From: Cetorhinus maximus | Lineage: Eukaryota | NCBI RefSeq assembly: GCF_964194155.1 | Contig: NC_135884.1 | Location: 37,820,001 to 37,884,000 of the forward strand | Length of the DNA: 64,000 bases | Direction of reading: 5' to 3' | Made by a program: the position numbers and the translations under genes | Part shown: positions 1-12,530 of the stretch, one piece after another | Numbering within the stretch: the stretch's first letter is position 1 | Layout: each line of letters opens with the position of its first letter | Notes under the pieces: generated by a model | Seen by the model: only the letters and a program-made list of their open reading frames with translations | Told to the model about the DNA's origin: nothing | Database searches by the model: none

Positions 1-49
1 CCTGGAAATGATGAAAAAAGGACTGAATGAACGGGCAGAACTTGAAAAA

Positions 50-240
50 TGGTGCATCAGGCCAGAAAGTGTGCCCCAAGATTCCCTAATGCAGGAGGGG
101 CACAGGAGGAGAGAGGTCCTCTTGTCTCAAGACAGATACTAAGAAGTCAGTGAGAGCAAGGAGCCATTGCAGCCAATGTCAACAGTTCAGTTCCCAGGAC
201 CTGGATGCAGCATTGCAGAAGCTTAATGATCTTACGTGAT
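50..240 (+). mobile_element. Degenerate Harbinger Myb/SANT-like gene fragment
   Basis: Broken translation ARKCAPRFPNA...VNSSVPRTWMQ-C...NDL resembles the Myb/SANT-like domain also seen at 14704 and 53647. Confidence 0.4.
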
Positions 241-372
241 TGACTAGGCAATGGTGCAGCAGGCTGTAGTCCAAGAAGGAAAAGAGAGCAATGAAGAAGA
301 AACACTGTCACTCCATCTCACATTGCAACCATCAGCTCAGATAGCGGCATGTATGAAATTTAGAAAGCAACA

Positions 373-1494
373 TTTTTTTAAAAATTCTTCCACGGGACGT
401 GGCGCGTCACTGGCTAGGCCAGCAATTTTATTGCCCATTCCTAATTGCCCTTGAGAAGGTGGCGGTAAGCTGCCTTCTTGGACGACTGCAGTCCATGTGG
501 TGTAGGTACACCCACAGTGCTGTTTGAGGGGGAGTTCCAGGACTTAGACTCAGCGACAGTAAAGGAGCTATGATAAAGTTCCAAGTCAAGATGATGTGTG
601 GCTTGGAGGGGATCTTGTAGGTGGTGGTGTTCCATGCATCTGCTGCCCTTGTCCTTCTAGTTGGTAGAGGTCCCGGGTTTAGAAGGTTCTGTTGAAAGAG
701 CTTTAGTGAGTTGCTGCAGGGCATCTTGCAGATGGTACGCACACTGCTGTCACTGTGCATTGGTGGTGGAGGGAGTAGATGTTGAAGGTGGTGGATGGTG
801 TGCCAATAAAGCAGGCTGCTTTGTCTTGGATGGAGTTGAGCTTCTTGAGTATTGTTGGAGAGTATTCCATCACACTCCTGGGTTATGCCTTGTAGATGGT
901 GGACAGACCTCGGGAGTCAGGAGGTGAGTTACCCACCACAGAAATCCCAGCCTCTGAACTTCTCCTATAGCCACAGTATTTATATGGCTGGTCCAGTTCG
1001 GTTTCTGGTCAATGGTAATCCCCAGGATGTTGATAGTGGGACATTCAATGATGGTAATGCCATTGAATGGCAAGGGGAGATGGTTGGCTTCTCTCTTATT
1101 GGAGATGGTTATTGGCTGGCACTTGTGTAGCGCAAATGTTACATGTCGCTTATCAGCCCAAGCCTGAATGTTGTCCAAGTTTTGCTGCACATAGGCTGCT
1201 TCAGTATCTGAGGAGTCACAAATGACGCTGAACATTATGCAGTCACCAGCATACATCCCCTCTTCTGACCTTATGATGGAGAGAAGGTCATTGATGAAGC
1301 ATCTGAAAATGGCTGGGCCTAGGGCACGACCCTGGGGAACTCCTACAACGATGTCCCAGGACTGAGATGATTGACCTCCAAAAACCACAATCATCATCAT
1401 TTGTGCTAGGTATGACTCCAACCAGTGGAGAGTTTTCCCACTGATTCCCATTGACTTCAGTTTTGCTAGGGCTCCTTGATGCCACACTTGGTCA
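373..1494 (-). mobile_element. CR1-group LINE (family A), 3' part of outer copy: RT core and 3' tail
   Basis: ORF 870-1487 WHQGAL..GVPQGRALGP..YAGD (RT motifs); A-rich tail at ~373 shared with the family-A SINE. Confidence 0.9.
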
Positions 1495-2125
1495 TTTTTT
1501 TAAAAATTGTTCGTCCATAGGATATGAGTGTCGCTAGCTAGGCAGAGCATTTATTGTCCATCACTAATTGCACTTGAGAAGGTGGTGGCAAGCTGCCTCC
1601 TTGAACTGTTCAGCCCATGTGGCATAGGTACACCCTCAATGCTGTTAGGGAGGGAATTCCAGGATTTTGACTCAGTGACAGTGAAGAAACGACGATATAT
1701 TTCCAAGCCAGGATGATGAGTAGCTTGGATGGGAACTTCCAGGTGATGGTTTTCCCATGTGTCTGCTACCCTTGTCCTTCTAGACAGTAGTGGTCTTGGG
1801 TTGGAAGGTGCTGCTAAGGAGCCTTGGTGAGTTCCTACAGTGCATCTTGTAGATGGTACACACTGCTGCCACTGTGTGTCGGTGGTGGAGAGAGTGAATG
1901 TGTGTGGATGGGGTGCCAGTCAAGAGGGCTGCTTTGTCCTGGATGGTGTCAAGCTTCTTGTGTGTTGTTGGAGCTGCACTCATCCAGGCACGTGGAGGGT
2001 ACTGCATCACACTCCTGACTTGTGCCTTGTAGATGGTTGCTAGGCTTTGGGGAGGAGAGTTACTCACGGCAGGATTCCTAGTCTCTGGCCTGCTCTCATA
2101 GCCACAGTGTTAATATGGTATTTAT
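1495..2125 (-). mobile_element. 5'-truncated family-A LINE nested in the previous copy
   Basis: Has its own poly(A) at 1495; ORF 1780-2067 (IYKAQVRSVM..) repeats the region at 373-985. Confidence 0.85.
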
Positions 2126-2490
2126 ATGCTGCCTTGATGTCAAGGGTAGTCACTCTCACCTCTTGGTCCATGTTTGGAGCAAAGCTGTAATGAGGCCAGG
2201 AGCTGAGTGGCCTTGGTGGAAGTCAATCTGAGAGTCAGTGAGCAGGATTTTGATGAGTAAGTGCCATTTGATAGCACTGTCAGTGACCCCTTCCGTCACT
2301 TTGTACATGATCACGAGTAGGCTGATGGGGCGGTAATTGGCTGGCATTGATTTATCCTGCTTTTAGTGGACAGGACATACCTGGGCAATTTTCCACATTG
2401 CCAGGTAGATGCCAGTGTTGTAGCTTTACTGGAACAGCTTGGCTAGGGGCATGGCTAGATCTGGAGCACAAGTCTTCAGTGCTATTGACA
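2126..2490 (-). mobile_element. Family-A LINE, 5' part of outer copy
   Basis: ORF 2156-2347 PANYRPISLL..; ends at LDIKAA, which continues as (F)DQVWHQG at 1494. Confidence 0.85.
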
Positions 2491-2864
2491 GATTTTTTTG
2501 GCTGCATGAGTGTCTGTTTCAGATCATTGGAGTTTCTACATTTTATACTTTTAGATGAAATAACCAGGTTAGCAGCTCTATTTAAAGCAAAGAGAGGAAT
2601 GTCAGACAAATGTCCAAGTACACCAGAATCCCTGGTGTAATTTTAACACTCAAATAGTTATTCTTTTGGGTAATTGTGTACTTGGATGAATTTACAAATG
2701 GTAATACAAAATGACTATTGAATACCAACCAGTGTAAAAACTGGCAAGATGGTTATTTGAAATCTTGACTGTTACTTACCTAAGTTCATAACACACTTCC
2801 AATTTTATAATCAGTGAGTCCTCCACACCAGAAACTGTTTCAATGATTAGATTTCCTTGCAAAC

Positions 2865-2998
2865 AAGGGGAACAAAAGATTATGGGAATGTGGTGAGAAA
2901 TAGAAATTGAGGTGGAATATCAGCCATGATATTGAATGGTGGAGCAGGCTCAGGAGCCCTTTGGACTTCTACTGCTCCGATTTCTTATGTTTTTATGA
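2865..2998 (+). mobile_element. CR1 3' tail fragment
   Basis: tcagccatgat..gaatggtggagcaggctc..ctgctcc..tttcttatg tail, same as the tails at 8508 and 34908. Confidence 0.7.
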
Positions 2999-4499
2999 AA
3001 CACATTTATAACACAAACTGACATTTTGAAAAAATAACAGCAGAAGAGCAGTGGAAGGATCCACGTGCTAAAATGATCTAGTTCCAGTTATTTCTTGGCA
3101 GGACAACTGGCCTGTACACTCCTGCAAATCCTAACAATGCTGTTCATAGGCTAAATGATCCGCGTATATTTTAAACTTCTAGTGAGTGATTGTGTGAACT
3201 TTCAGCATTAAATGAAGCATTTTGTATTTGTTTATGAGAATGAGCAATCCTATTTCGGTCACTTTGGCGACTGTGGCTGCCTCAATATGAATCTCATTTA
3301 TACTTTCTGTTGCACAATTGTATCACAATTGCAATAGCTACAGTAATACGTAGCTTACTTAAATATTCAGATCATATTTTGGAATAAAAGTGTGACCTCT
3401 TTCATATCATTCTTCTAGATCTACAATGTGGAAGATTCGCATCAGATTATTGTAAACACTTAATGCAAATCTCCTGAGGATTTAAACTAGATTTTAGGAA
3501 TCATTTCATGAGTTAGGCAGGTAACTTAGTACCACTTGGCATATAAATTGATTCCACATTTGAAACTTTAAATCAAGAGAGCAGGGAGAAGGAAAATTAT
3601 AACTTAGTTTTCATCATTAAGTATATAACTGATTCCCATTTTAAGAGGCTCAATGTACATAAAGGATTTTTGATAATTATGTATTCACAACCTCAGATGT
3701 TTGAGCAATGCAATCTTCCTAAAATACACATGATCAGGCAGTAATCTCATAAATGAAACTGTATTAAATTGGGAATTAAATTTTTTAATGAAATGGTATT
3801 GATTTAAAATGTAAAGCCAAGCAGAAGTCATGTATCTCTGTCCATGTGGATGAGCGCACTGAATGCATTGAGTAACGAGTTAACTGATCACAATGCCAGG
3901 TATAAATAGGCAACATTCTTCCTTGATTAAGATCAAGCTTAATTGAAAATGCATTACATAAATGACTTTAAGCCTGCTCTAATCAACTTCTTTTGAGATA
4001 AAATCAGAATATTAAATACATAATTGGGTATTCACATTTGTATTTTTTTATTTTGGATTTACACAGATAAAGATCTCTATATTAAAATCAGTATGTACAT
4101 TCTATGTTCCATTTTAGAAATAGATAAACATCACCTTCAGCAGTTTTCCAATATAAAAATGTCAGTGGTTGGCTGTCACCATTCTGTCATGCCCGTCGGT
4201 GTCCTCTCAATCAGATTTCCCAGTCACACATCAAGTGGAACTGTACTGCCTCAGCATCGTCAACCACTGTTACTTCAACCTCACCAGCTAAGTTATAAAG
4301 CCTTTTTTTTCCCTTTTTTTGCTGATCAGGCCAAATTCAAGAAATCAAGTAATGTTAATAAAAATACTATATCTTTAGTTTTAATAAACCACTTACCCTA
4401 CAGCCTCCCTCTGTCATCTGACAAATTTCAGTACAGAGCTCCTGGCAACATAATGTCTCCCTGCTAGCATCCAGAATGATCCAAATTAAGCCCAAGAGC

Positions 4500-4925
4500 C
4501 TACCTTTTCTCTTGAAAAAGGATAGCTGAGGGGTGATCTAATATAGGTATTTAAATTATTAAAGATTTTGAGAGAGGGAACAGAGAATGCTTCCTCTTGT
4601 GAGGAAGATTACAACAAGATCACACGACATCAATATAAGATAGTCATCAAGAAATCCAATAGGGAATTCAGTGGAGACTTCTTTACCTAAAGAGTGGTGA
4701 GAATATGGAACTCGCTACCACAGGAAATGTTTGAAGCAAATAGTATAGACACACTTAAGAGGAAACTAGACAAGCAGATGAGGGAAAAGGGAATATTGGG
4801 TTACAAATATTAGATTTAGATGAGGAAAGACGGAAGGGAGCTTGAGTGGAGCATAAACACCGACATGGGCTGTTTGGGCCAAATTCCTGTTTTTGTGCCA
4901 TATATCCTACATAATCCAATGTATC
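4500..4925 (+). mobile_element. CR1 3' fragment
   Basis: FSLEK..LRGDL..; RVVRIWNSLP-like relics followed by a CR1-type tail. Confidence 0.8.
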
Positions 4926-5331
4926 ATGGCTCGAAGCTGTACATTCCATGCACTTCCAGAGACAGTTTCCTAAAGTTGAGTTTCACCACTCATCACAATG
5001 CCCCGATAGGTCATTTCTGTCCCGCCTCAAAAAAATCTTATAAATTTGGGCATCTGCTTCCATCCTTCCGAAGTCAGGCTTTTGACCCCATCAGCTGTGT
5101 CTCTCCCATATTTTCCAAATCTGGCCTTAGGCCTTGTCGCAGCTTCCCATTACACACCTGGTAAAGCCTCAAAACATCATTCTCTGACACCACTGCAACT
5201 TATGTTGTTTACAATTCAATGAGTCTTCATAGTTGAAAGACTGAGCTATCTCTTTACTCATCAGGTTACATGTAATTTCTTCTGCAGTTGTTTCAAGTGG
5301 ACTACAGACTTCATTGAAAATATTTTACATA

Positions 5332-5975
5332 GGCCAGGGTATTACATTTGGCATGCAGGGGCAGGCCCGACACACTGGAACATAAAATGACACACAATGA
5401 CGTCGGGCGTGCGTCCCGACATCATCGCGCTGTCTCACTATATTTCGTTCGGCGGGCAGGCGCCAGAGTCGGCTGCGCACCCGCCGATAATTAATAGGCC
5501 TATTAAGGCCATTAACCAGGTAATTAACCTGAATTTCCAACCTTACAGTTGGTGGGCAGGCAAAAAGGTTTAGGAAACCTCATCCACAAGCGGAATGAGG
5601 CTTCCTAAAGCTTTTATGAATTAAATAAAAACTTTTTCTGAAAAATAAAAACATGTCCCATCTCATGTGATACAGTGACATGAGGGGCCATGTTTCATTA
5701 AATTTTTATTGAATTTATTTATTTTTTTAAAAGCGTTTAAATCTCCCTGAGGCAGCTCTGTGCATCAGGGAGATTGAAGCGCTCTTTCGTGCGCTTGCAC
5801 AAAAGAGCGTTGGACCTGACTCTCCCTCCTCCTTCAGCGCTACCGCTCACATATTACGCTGGACGGGCCTCAGTTGGTCCGCCCACGTAAAATTGCGGTG
5901 CGGAGCCGATCGCGGGCAGCCAATCACCCCCACCCACTCCCACCGAGCCTGCCCAATGCGGGAAAAATTCAGGCC
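5332..5975. mobile_element. Harbinger-type MITE (644 bp, hairpin-rich)
   Basis: Ends GGCC..GGCC with weak TIR; ATA TSD at 5329-31 and 5976-78; homologous to 18547-19140. Confidence 0.75.
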
Positions 5976-6623
5976 ATAGTTCAATACAAATGGCCTCCGC
6001 AACGAAGCTGCAGGAATTAAAACTTATCATTTCGTACTCTTTTATTACAGTTTACAATTCTTTTTTAAAAGTCATGATTTTGATTTATCTATTCTACATA
6101 TTAAGTTGTACTTTTAGCATATTATGCATTATTTAAATATCTAAAAACTGTTTTTAATATATTACCAATTCCATTATACTTAGTACCTTAAAGATTTAAT
6201 ATATACTTTAGGGCCTAAAATTTGATAGTGACAAAAGCCCCTAAAATCATCCAGCTGCAATGTCCAACATCAGCTCCACCAAAGTATCCAGGGTCAGCAA
6301 GCAGATCCCTAAATTGAATGTGGTTGATGGATCCCTGTAGCACTGGGAGAATCTTGGCGCCCACCAATTCACAACGTCCACAAAATAAGATTAAAGCTGG
6401 CACTCCATAGCGAGTGGAAGAATTGCCAACCCACCCCAAAAAGAAAACATTACTGGTGCCCTGAGGGCATTAAATTAAAAAAGAACTACCCTTGGCTTCA
6501 GTGACAAGCCCACTTTCCAGGACAGGATTCCTAAGTTTCCCCCAGATTCCTATGTAAAAATAAATTCAAAATCCCTCCCTTTGTTTTAAATGGTATGGTG
6601 ACATAGCGCACTGGAGCTTTGTG

Positions 6624-7375
6624 CAACAACTTGTGTATTTGTATAACACCTTCAATGCAATAAAATGTCCCAAGTCGCTTCACAGCGGCATTATAAAACA
6701 AAATATGATGCCTCGCCACATAAGGAAATATTAGGACAAATGACCAAAGGCTTGGTCAAAGAGCTAGATTTTAAGCGGCGACTTAAAGGAGGAAAGTGAG
6801 ATAGAGGTGGAGAGGTTTAAGGAGGGAATTGCAGCTTGGGATCTAGAAAATTGAAGGCACAGCCACTACTGGTTGCAAGATTAAAATCAGGGGTGTTCAA
6901 GAAGCCCGAGTAATAGGAGCTCAGAAATCTTGGAGGGTTGTCGGGCTGGACGAGATTTCAGAAATAGGGAGAGCCAGGTCATGGAGGGAATTGAAAACAA
7001 GCTTGAGAATTTTAAAATCAAGCCATTGCTTAACCAGGAACCAGTCGAGGTCAGTGACCACAGGAGTGATTGGTGAATGGGATTTGGTGCGAGTTAGGAA
7101 CGGGGCAGCAGAGTTTTGGATGGCCTCAAGTTTATGTAGGTCAGTCAGGAGTGTTAGAATAGTCAAGTCTGGAGGTAACAAAGGCATGGATGAAGTTTTT
7201 AGCAGCAGATGAGCTGAGGCAAGGGTGCAGTTGGGCTATGTTACAGTGGTGGAAGTAAGTGATCTTAGTGGTTGAAAGATCATCTTGGGTTCAAATATGA
7301 CATGAAGGTTATGAAATGTTTGGTTCATCCTCAGAAAGTTGCCAGAGCAAAGGATGGAATCAGTGTAGAGGGAAC
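6624..7375 (-). mobile_element. L2 LINE 3' segment
   Basis: ORF 6921-7187 IQNSAA..TRTK..PITPV..W..FKIL is the L2 ORF2 C-terminus; (gtt)n tail at 6624. Confidence 0.9.
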
Positions 7376-7380
7376 AGATC

Positions 7381-8298
7381 AAACTTTCTTGAAGGCACCT
7401 CCTGCCCTAGCCTTGATCTTGCATCTTTCTCTAGTTTCTCTTCTATCTACTCTCATGATCTCTCCGAGCTCATTTTATCCATGAGATCTACCTCCTGCTC
7501 CCTTGTCCCTATTTCCACTAAACTACCAGCCACCCAACTTCACTTTCTGGCTCCCATACTAGCTGACATTGTTAACAGTTTTCTCTCCTCAGGTTCTGTC
7601 CCTCTGTCCTGCAAATTTTCCATCATCACCCCTCTCCTCAAGAAAACAATCTTTGATCCCTCCCTCTATGAAAATTATAACCCCATCTCCAACCTCTTCT
7701 TCGTCTCCAAAGTCTTTGAATGTGTGTCGCCTTCCAAATCTGTTCCCATCTTTCCTGGAACTCGATATTTGACTTCCTTCAACCAGATTTCCACCCCTGC
7801 CATGGTACCAAAATGGCTTGTCTCAAAGTCACAAATGACATTCAATGCGACTGTGACAAAAGTAAACTACCTCTCCTCATCCTTCTCGACATGACTGCAG
7901 CCTTTGACACAGTTGATCACGCCTTCCTCCTCCAGTGCCTCTCCATTGTTGTCCTGCAGGGGACTACATTCATCTGGTTCCATTCTTATCTATCTAATCA
8001 TAGCCAGAGATTGTCATCAACAGTTTCTCTTTCTGCTCCTGCACAGTCACCTCTGGTGTTTTCCAAGGATCTATCCTTCACACCCTTCTATTTCTCATCT
8101 ACATGCTGCCCCTCTGCAACATCATCCAAAAGTATCAGTTTCACATGTATGGTGATGACACCCAGCGTTAACTCAATGTCACGTCTCTGGAGGCCTCCAC
8201 TGTATCTAAATTGTCAGACTGCTTGTCTGACATCCCATACTGAATGAGCAGAAATTTCCTCCAATTAAATATAAGGAAGGCTGAAGAATTTGTTTTTG
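7381..8298 (+). mobile_element. L2 LINE RT segment, inverted relative to 6624-7375
   Basis: ORFs 7316-7894 and 7720-8247: PLLKK..NYNPISNL, LLDMTAAFDTVDH; ends at NFLQLN..K.E..VF. Confidence 0.9.
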
Positions 8299-8507
8299 AT
8301 AAGTGTAATTAAGCCAGCCCGCTGAACAAATTCCACTTTGACCTTTGTAGAGATCCTTGGCAAAAACATTTAAATTTGCAATTTAATGTTGTAGACAAGT
8401 CATTTTTGGTATCAAAAGAATTCAATAGTGAAACTAAATCCTATGAATTTTAGGGATTAGCCTCACTCTTCCCTGCTGCTCTCAGAATAAATTTCTCCTC
8501 AATAAAC

Positions 8508-11500
8508 CATAATAGCATAAGAAATAGGAAGAGGAATAGACTGCTTGGCCCCTCAACCCTGCTCTGCCATTCAGTGAGATCATGGCTGATCTTCTTGTGT
8601 TTCGATTTCCACATTCCCATCTAACCCCAATAACCTTTGATTCCCTTGCCTAACAAGAATCTATCTACCTCTGCCTTAAAAATATTCAATGTCCCCGCCT
8701 CCACTGCCTTCTGAGGCAGAGAGTTCCAAAGTCGCACAACCCTCTGAAAGAAAAAAATTCTCATCTCTGTCCTAAAAGGGTGACCCCTAATTTTAAAACA
8801 GTGCCCCCTAGTTCTGGCTTACCCACAAGAGGAAACATCCTTTCAACGTCCACCTTGTCAAGGCCGCTGAGGATCAAATCGCCCCTCACTTTTCTAAATT
8901 CCAGTGGAAACAAGCTCAGTCTGTCCAACCTTTCCTCATAAGACAACCCACTCATTCCAGGTATCAATCTAGTACACCTCCTTTGAACTGCCTCCAATGT
9001 ATTTACATCCTTCCTTAAATAAGGAGACCAAAACTGCACACAGTATTTGAAGTGCGGTCTCAGCAATGCCCTGTATAATTGAAGCATAACATCCTTACTG
9101 TTATTTTCAATCCCCCTCGTAATAAAGGATAGCATTCCATTCCCCTTCTTAATTACTTGCTGTACCTGCATACTAACTTTTTGTGACTCATGCACTAGAA
9201 CACCTAGATCCCTCTGCACCTCAGAATTATGCAGCTGTTCTCCATTTAAGTAATACGCTGTTTTTTTTGTTCTTCCTGCCAAAGTGAACAACTTCACATT
9301 TTTCCACATTAAGCTCCATTTGCCAGATCTTTGCCCACTCACTCAACCTATCTATATCCATCTGCAACCTCTTCACAACATACTTTCCTACCTATCTTTG
9401 TGTCATCTGCAAACTTAGCTACCATGTCTTCACTCCCCTCATCTAAGTCAATGATGTAAATCATAAAAAGTTGAGGCCCCAGTACAGATCCCTGTGGGAC
9501 TCCACTCGTCACATCCTGCCAATCAGAAAAAGACCCATTTATGCATACTCTCTGCTTTCTGCCAGCCAGCCAATCTTCTATCCATGCTAAAATGTTACCC
9601 CCTACATCATGTGCTTTTATTTTCCATAATAATCTTTGATGTGGCACCTTATCAAATGCCTTCTGGAAATCCAAGTACAGTATTGTCTACAGGCTCCCCT
9701 TTATCTACTATGCACGTTATTACCTCAAAAAACTCCAATAAATTGGTTAAATATGATTTTCCTTTCACAAAACCATGCTGGCTCTTCACAATTGCCTTGA
9801 GCTCTTCTAAGTGCCCAGCTATAATCTCCTTAATGATCAATTCTAATAACTTCCTCACGACAGACGTCAAGCTAACTGACCTATTGTTTCCTGTTTTCTG
9901 CCTCCCTCCCTTCTTGAATAGAGGGTTTATATTTGCTACTTTCCAAACTGATGGAACCTTTCCAGATTCTAGCGAATTTTGAAAAATTAACACCAGTGCA
10001 TCGACTACCTCATTAGCCACCTCTTTTAAGACCCTAAGATGTAGTCCTTCGGGACCCGGAGACTTGCCAGCCTGCAGCTCCATCAATTTGCTCAATACCA
10101 TTTCTCCAGTGATTTTAATTTCACCAAGTTCATTTCTCCTGTTCACCTCCTGATTTGCAGCTACTACTGGAATGTTTTTTGTATCCTCTACAGTGAACAC
10201 AGAAGCAAAATATTTTTTCATCTCTTCTGCCATTTCTTTATTATCTACTATTAACTCTCCTCTGACACTCTCTAGAGGACCAACACTCACTTAACTTTTC
10301 CTTTTTATATATCCGTAGAAACTCTTGCTATCCGTTTTTACATTTCTAGCTAGCTTCCTCTCATACTCTAATTTCTTTCTCCTGATTAACCTTTTAGTCA
10401 TTCTCTGCCATTCTTTATATTCTGTCCAATCATCTGTCCTGCCACTCATCTTCGTGGAGTTGTATGCTTTTTCCTTAAGTTTGAAGCTTTCCTTAATTTA
10501 TTTAGTAAACCACGGATGTTGGATTTTTTCTTTATAGAATTTAAATAATAATAAAAAATAATTGTTCTTTATAGTAGGAATGCACGTATTCTGAATACTC
10601 TGAAATATCCCCTTAAATGTCTTATTGATCTATTCTCTAGCCTAGTTTCCCAGTTCACTTCAGCTAGCTCAACTTTCATCCCCACATTGTTGCCCGTATT
10701 TAAATTTAAGTTACTAGTCTTAGACCCACTCTTCTCCCCTTCAAACTGAATGTGAAATTAAATCATTTTGTGGTTCTTGCTATCTAGGGGTGCCTTTACT
10801 CTAAGGTCATTAATTAATCCTGTCACATTACACAATACCAAGGCTAATATAACCTGCTCTCTGGTTGGCTCCAGAACATGCTGCTCTAAGAAACTATCTC
10901 GAGAGCATTCTAAGAACTCCTCATCCAGGCTACTTCTGCCAATCTGATTTTTCCAGTTTATGTGTAGATTAAAAACGCCCATGATTATCACCATCCCTTT
11001 ATGACAAGCACACAATAGTTTCTCTTCAATACTTTGTTCTACACTGTGGCTACTGTTAAGGGGCCTGTAGACCACTCCCAGTAATGACTTTTTTCCTCTA
11101 CTATTCCTCATCTGCACCCAAACCGATTGTACCTCCTGATCTCCTGAACCAAGGTCATATCTAATTGTTGCATCAATGCACTCTTTGATTAACAGTGCTA
11201 CCCCTCCACCTTTACCCAGCTTCATTTCTTTTTGAATGTCATGTACTCCTCAATATTAAGGACCCAATCTTTGTCATCCTGTAGCCACATCTCCGTAACT
11301 GTTATCAGATCACATTTGTTTACTTCAATGTGGGCATCAATTCATTTACTTTGTTATGAATGCTATGTGCATTCAGATAGAGAGCCTTCAGTTTTTTGTT
11401 ACCTTTGTAACATTTAGTCTTGACTATTAATGTATTCTTAGGCTTTTTCTCTCTGTCCCTTCCTGCCATTCGCTAACACTCATTTCTCTTATTGCTATTT

Positions 11501-12363
11501 TGCTCTCCTGTCTTGACTCTACACCTTGAATTGCTACCTCTACCCAAGCTTGATCCCTCACCCCTCTTGTTTAGTTTAAAGCCCTCTCTTCTTCCCTAGT
11601 TATGCGATTTGCGAGGACACTCGTCCTAGCACGGTTCAGATGTAAACCATCCCAATAGTACAGCCCCCACTTTCCCCAGTACTGATGCCAGTGCCCCACA
11701 AACAGGAACCCATTTCTCCCACACCAGTCTTTGTACCATGCATTTGTCTCTCTAATCTTATTTGTCCTATGCCAATTTGCATGTGATTTAGGTAATAATC
11801 CAAAGATTATTAAATCTCAAAGAACCTTTGAGGCTCTGCTTCTTAATTTGGTACCTAGCTCCTCATACTTACTTTGCTAGCTCTTTCCTAGTTCTACCTA
11901 TGTCATTGGTACCTACATGGACCATGACAACTGGATCCTCCCCGTCCCACTGCAGTTCCTCTCCAGCCCTGAGCAGATGTCCCAAACTCTGGCCCTGGGC
12001 AAGCAACATAGCTGTCTGGACTCTCACTCTTTGCTGCAATGAATAGTGTCAATCTCCCTCACTATACTATCCCCTATTACCACTACATTCCTTTTTGCTC
12101 CCCCCACTTGAACGGCTTCCTGTACCACAGTGCCATGGCCAGCCAGCTCATCCACCTTGCAAATTTCCCTTTCATCCACATAGGGTGCGAGCACCTCAAA
12201 CCTGTTTGACAATTGCAAAGTCTGAGGCTCCTCCACTATTGTCTGCTCTGTCCCATTACCTGCCTCACTGACAGTCACATTCTCCTGTCCCTCACTGCTG
12301 ACCAAAACAGGTGACCCTCTTCTAAGAGGTGTGACTGTCTTCTGGAACAAAGTATCCAGAAGA
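8508..12363 (-). mobile_element. Long CR1 LINE with ORF1 (GDSL/SGNH esterase) and ORF2 (APE + RT), disrupted
   Basis: 12024-12350 VVVIGDSIVR; 10758-11225 GGGVALL..GVVYRP (endonuclease); 9348-9674 [26 protein letters not shown]; 8761-9342 C-terminus; tail at 8508. Confidence 0.95.
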
Positions 12364-12375
12364 CTTCATACCTAT

Positions 12376-12530
12376 AATTAAAATTAGGTCCTAAATAGTT
12401 AGGGTCAGGTTATAAAAACATCCTTAGTTCAAGCTGAGCATTTTCATTTTCATGTAAAACCCAAAAGATAAGCATGAGGTGGAGAAAACATCCATACCAC
12501 AGATTATTTACGTAGGACCTAATTTTAATT
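12376..12530. repeat. Perfect 18-bp inverted repeat, probable MITE relic
   Basis: aattaaaattaggtccta (12376-93) and taggacctaattttaatt (12513-30). Confidence 0.6.
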
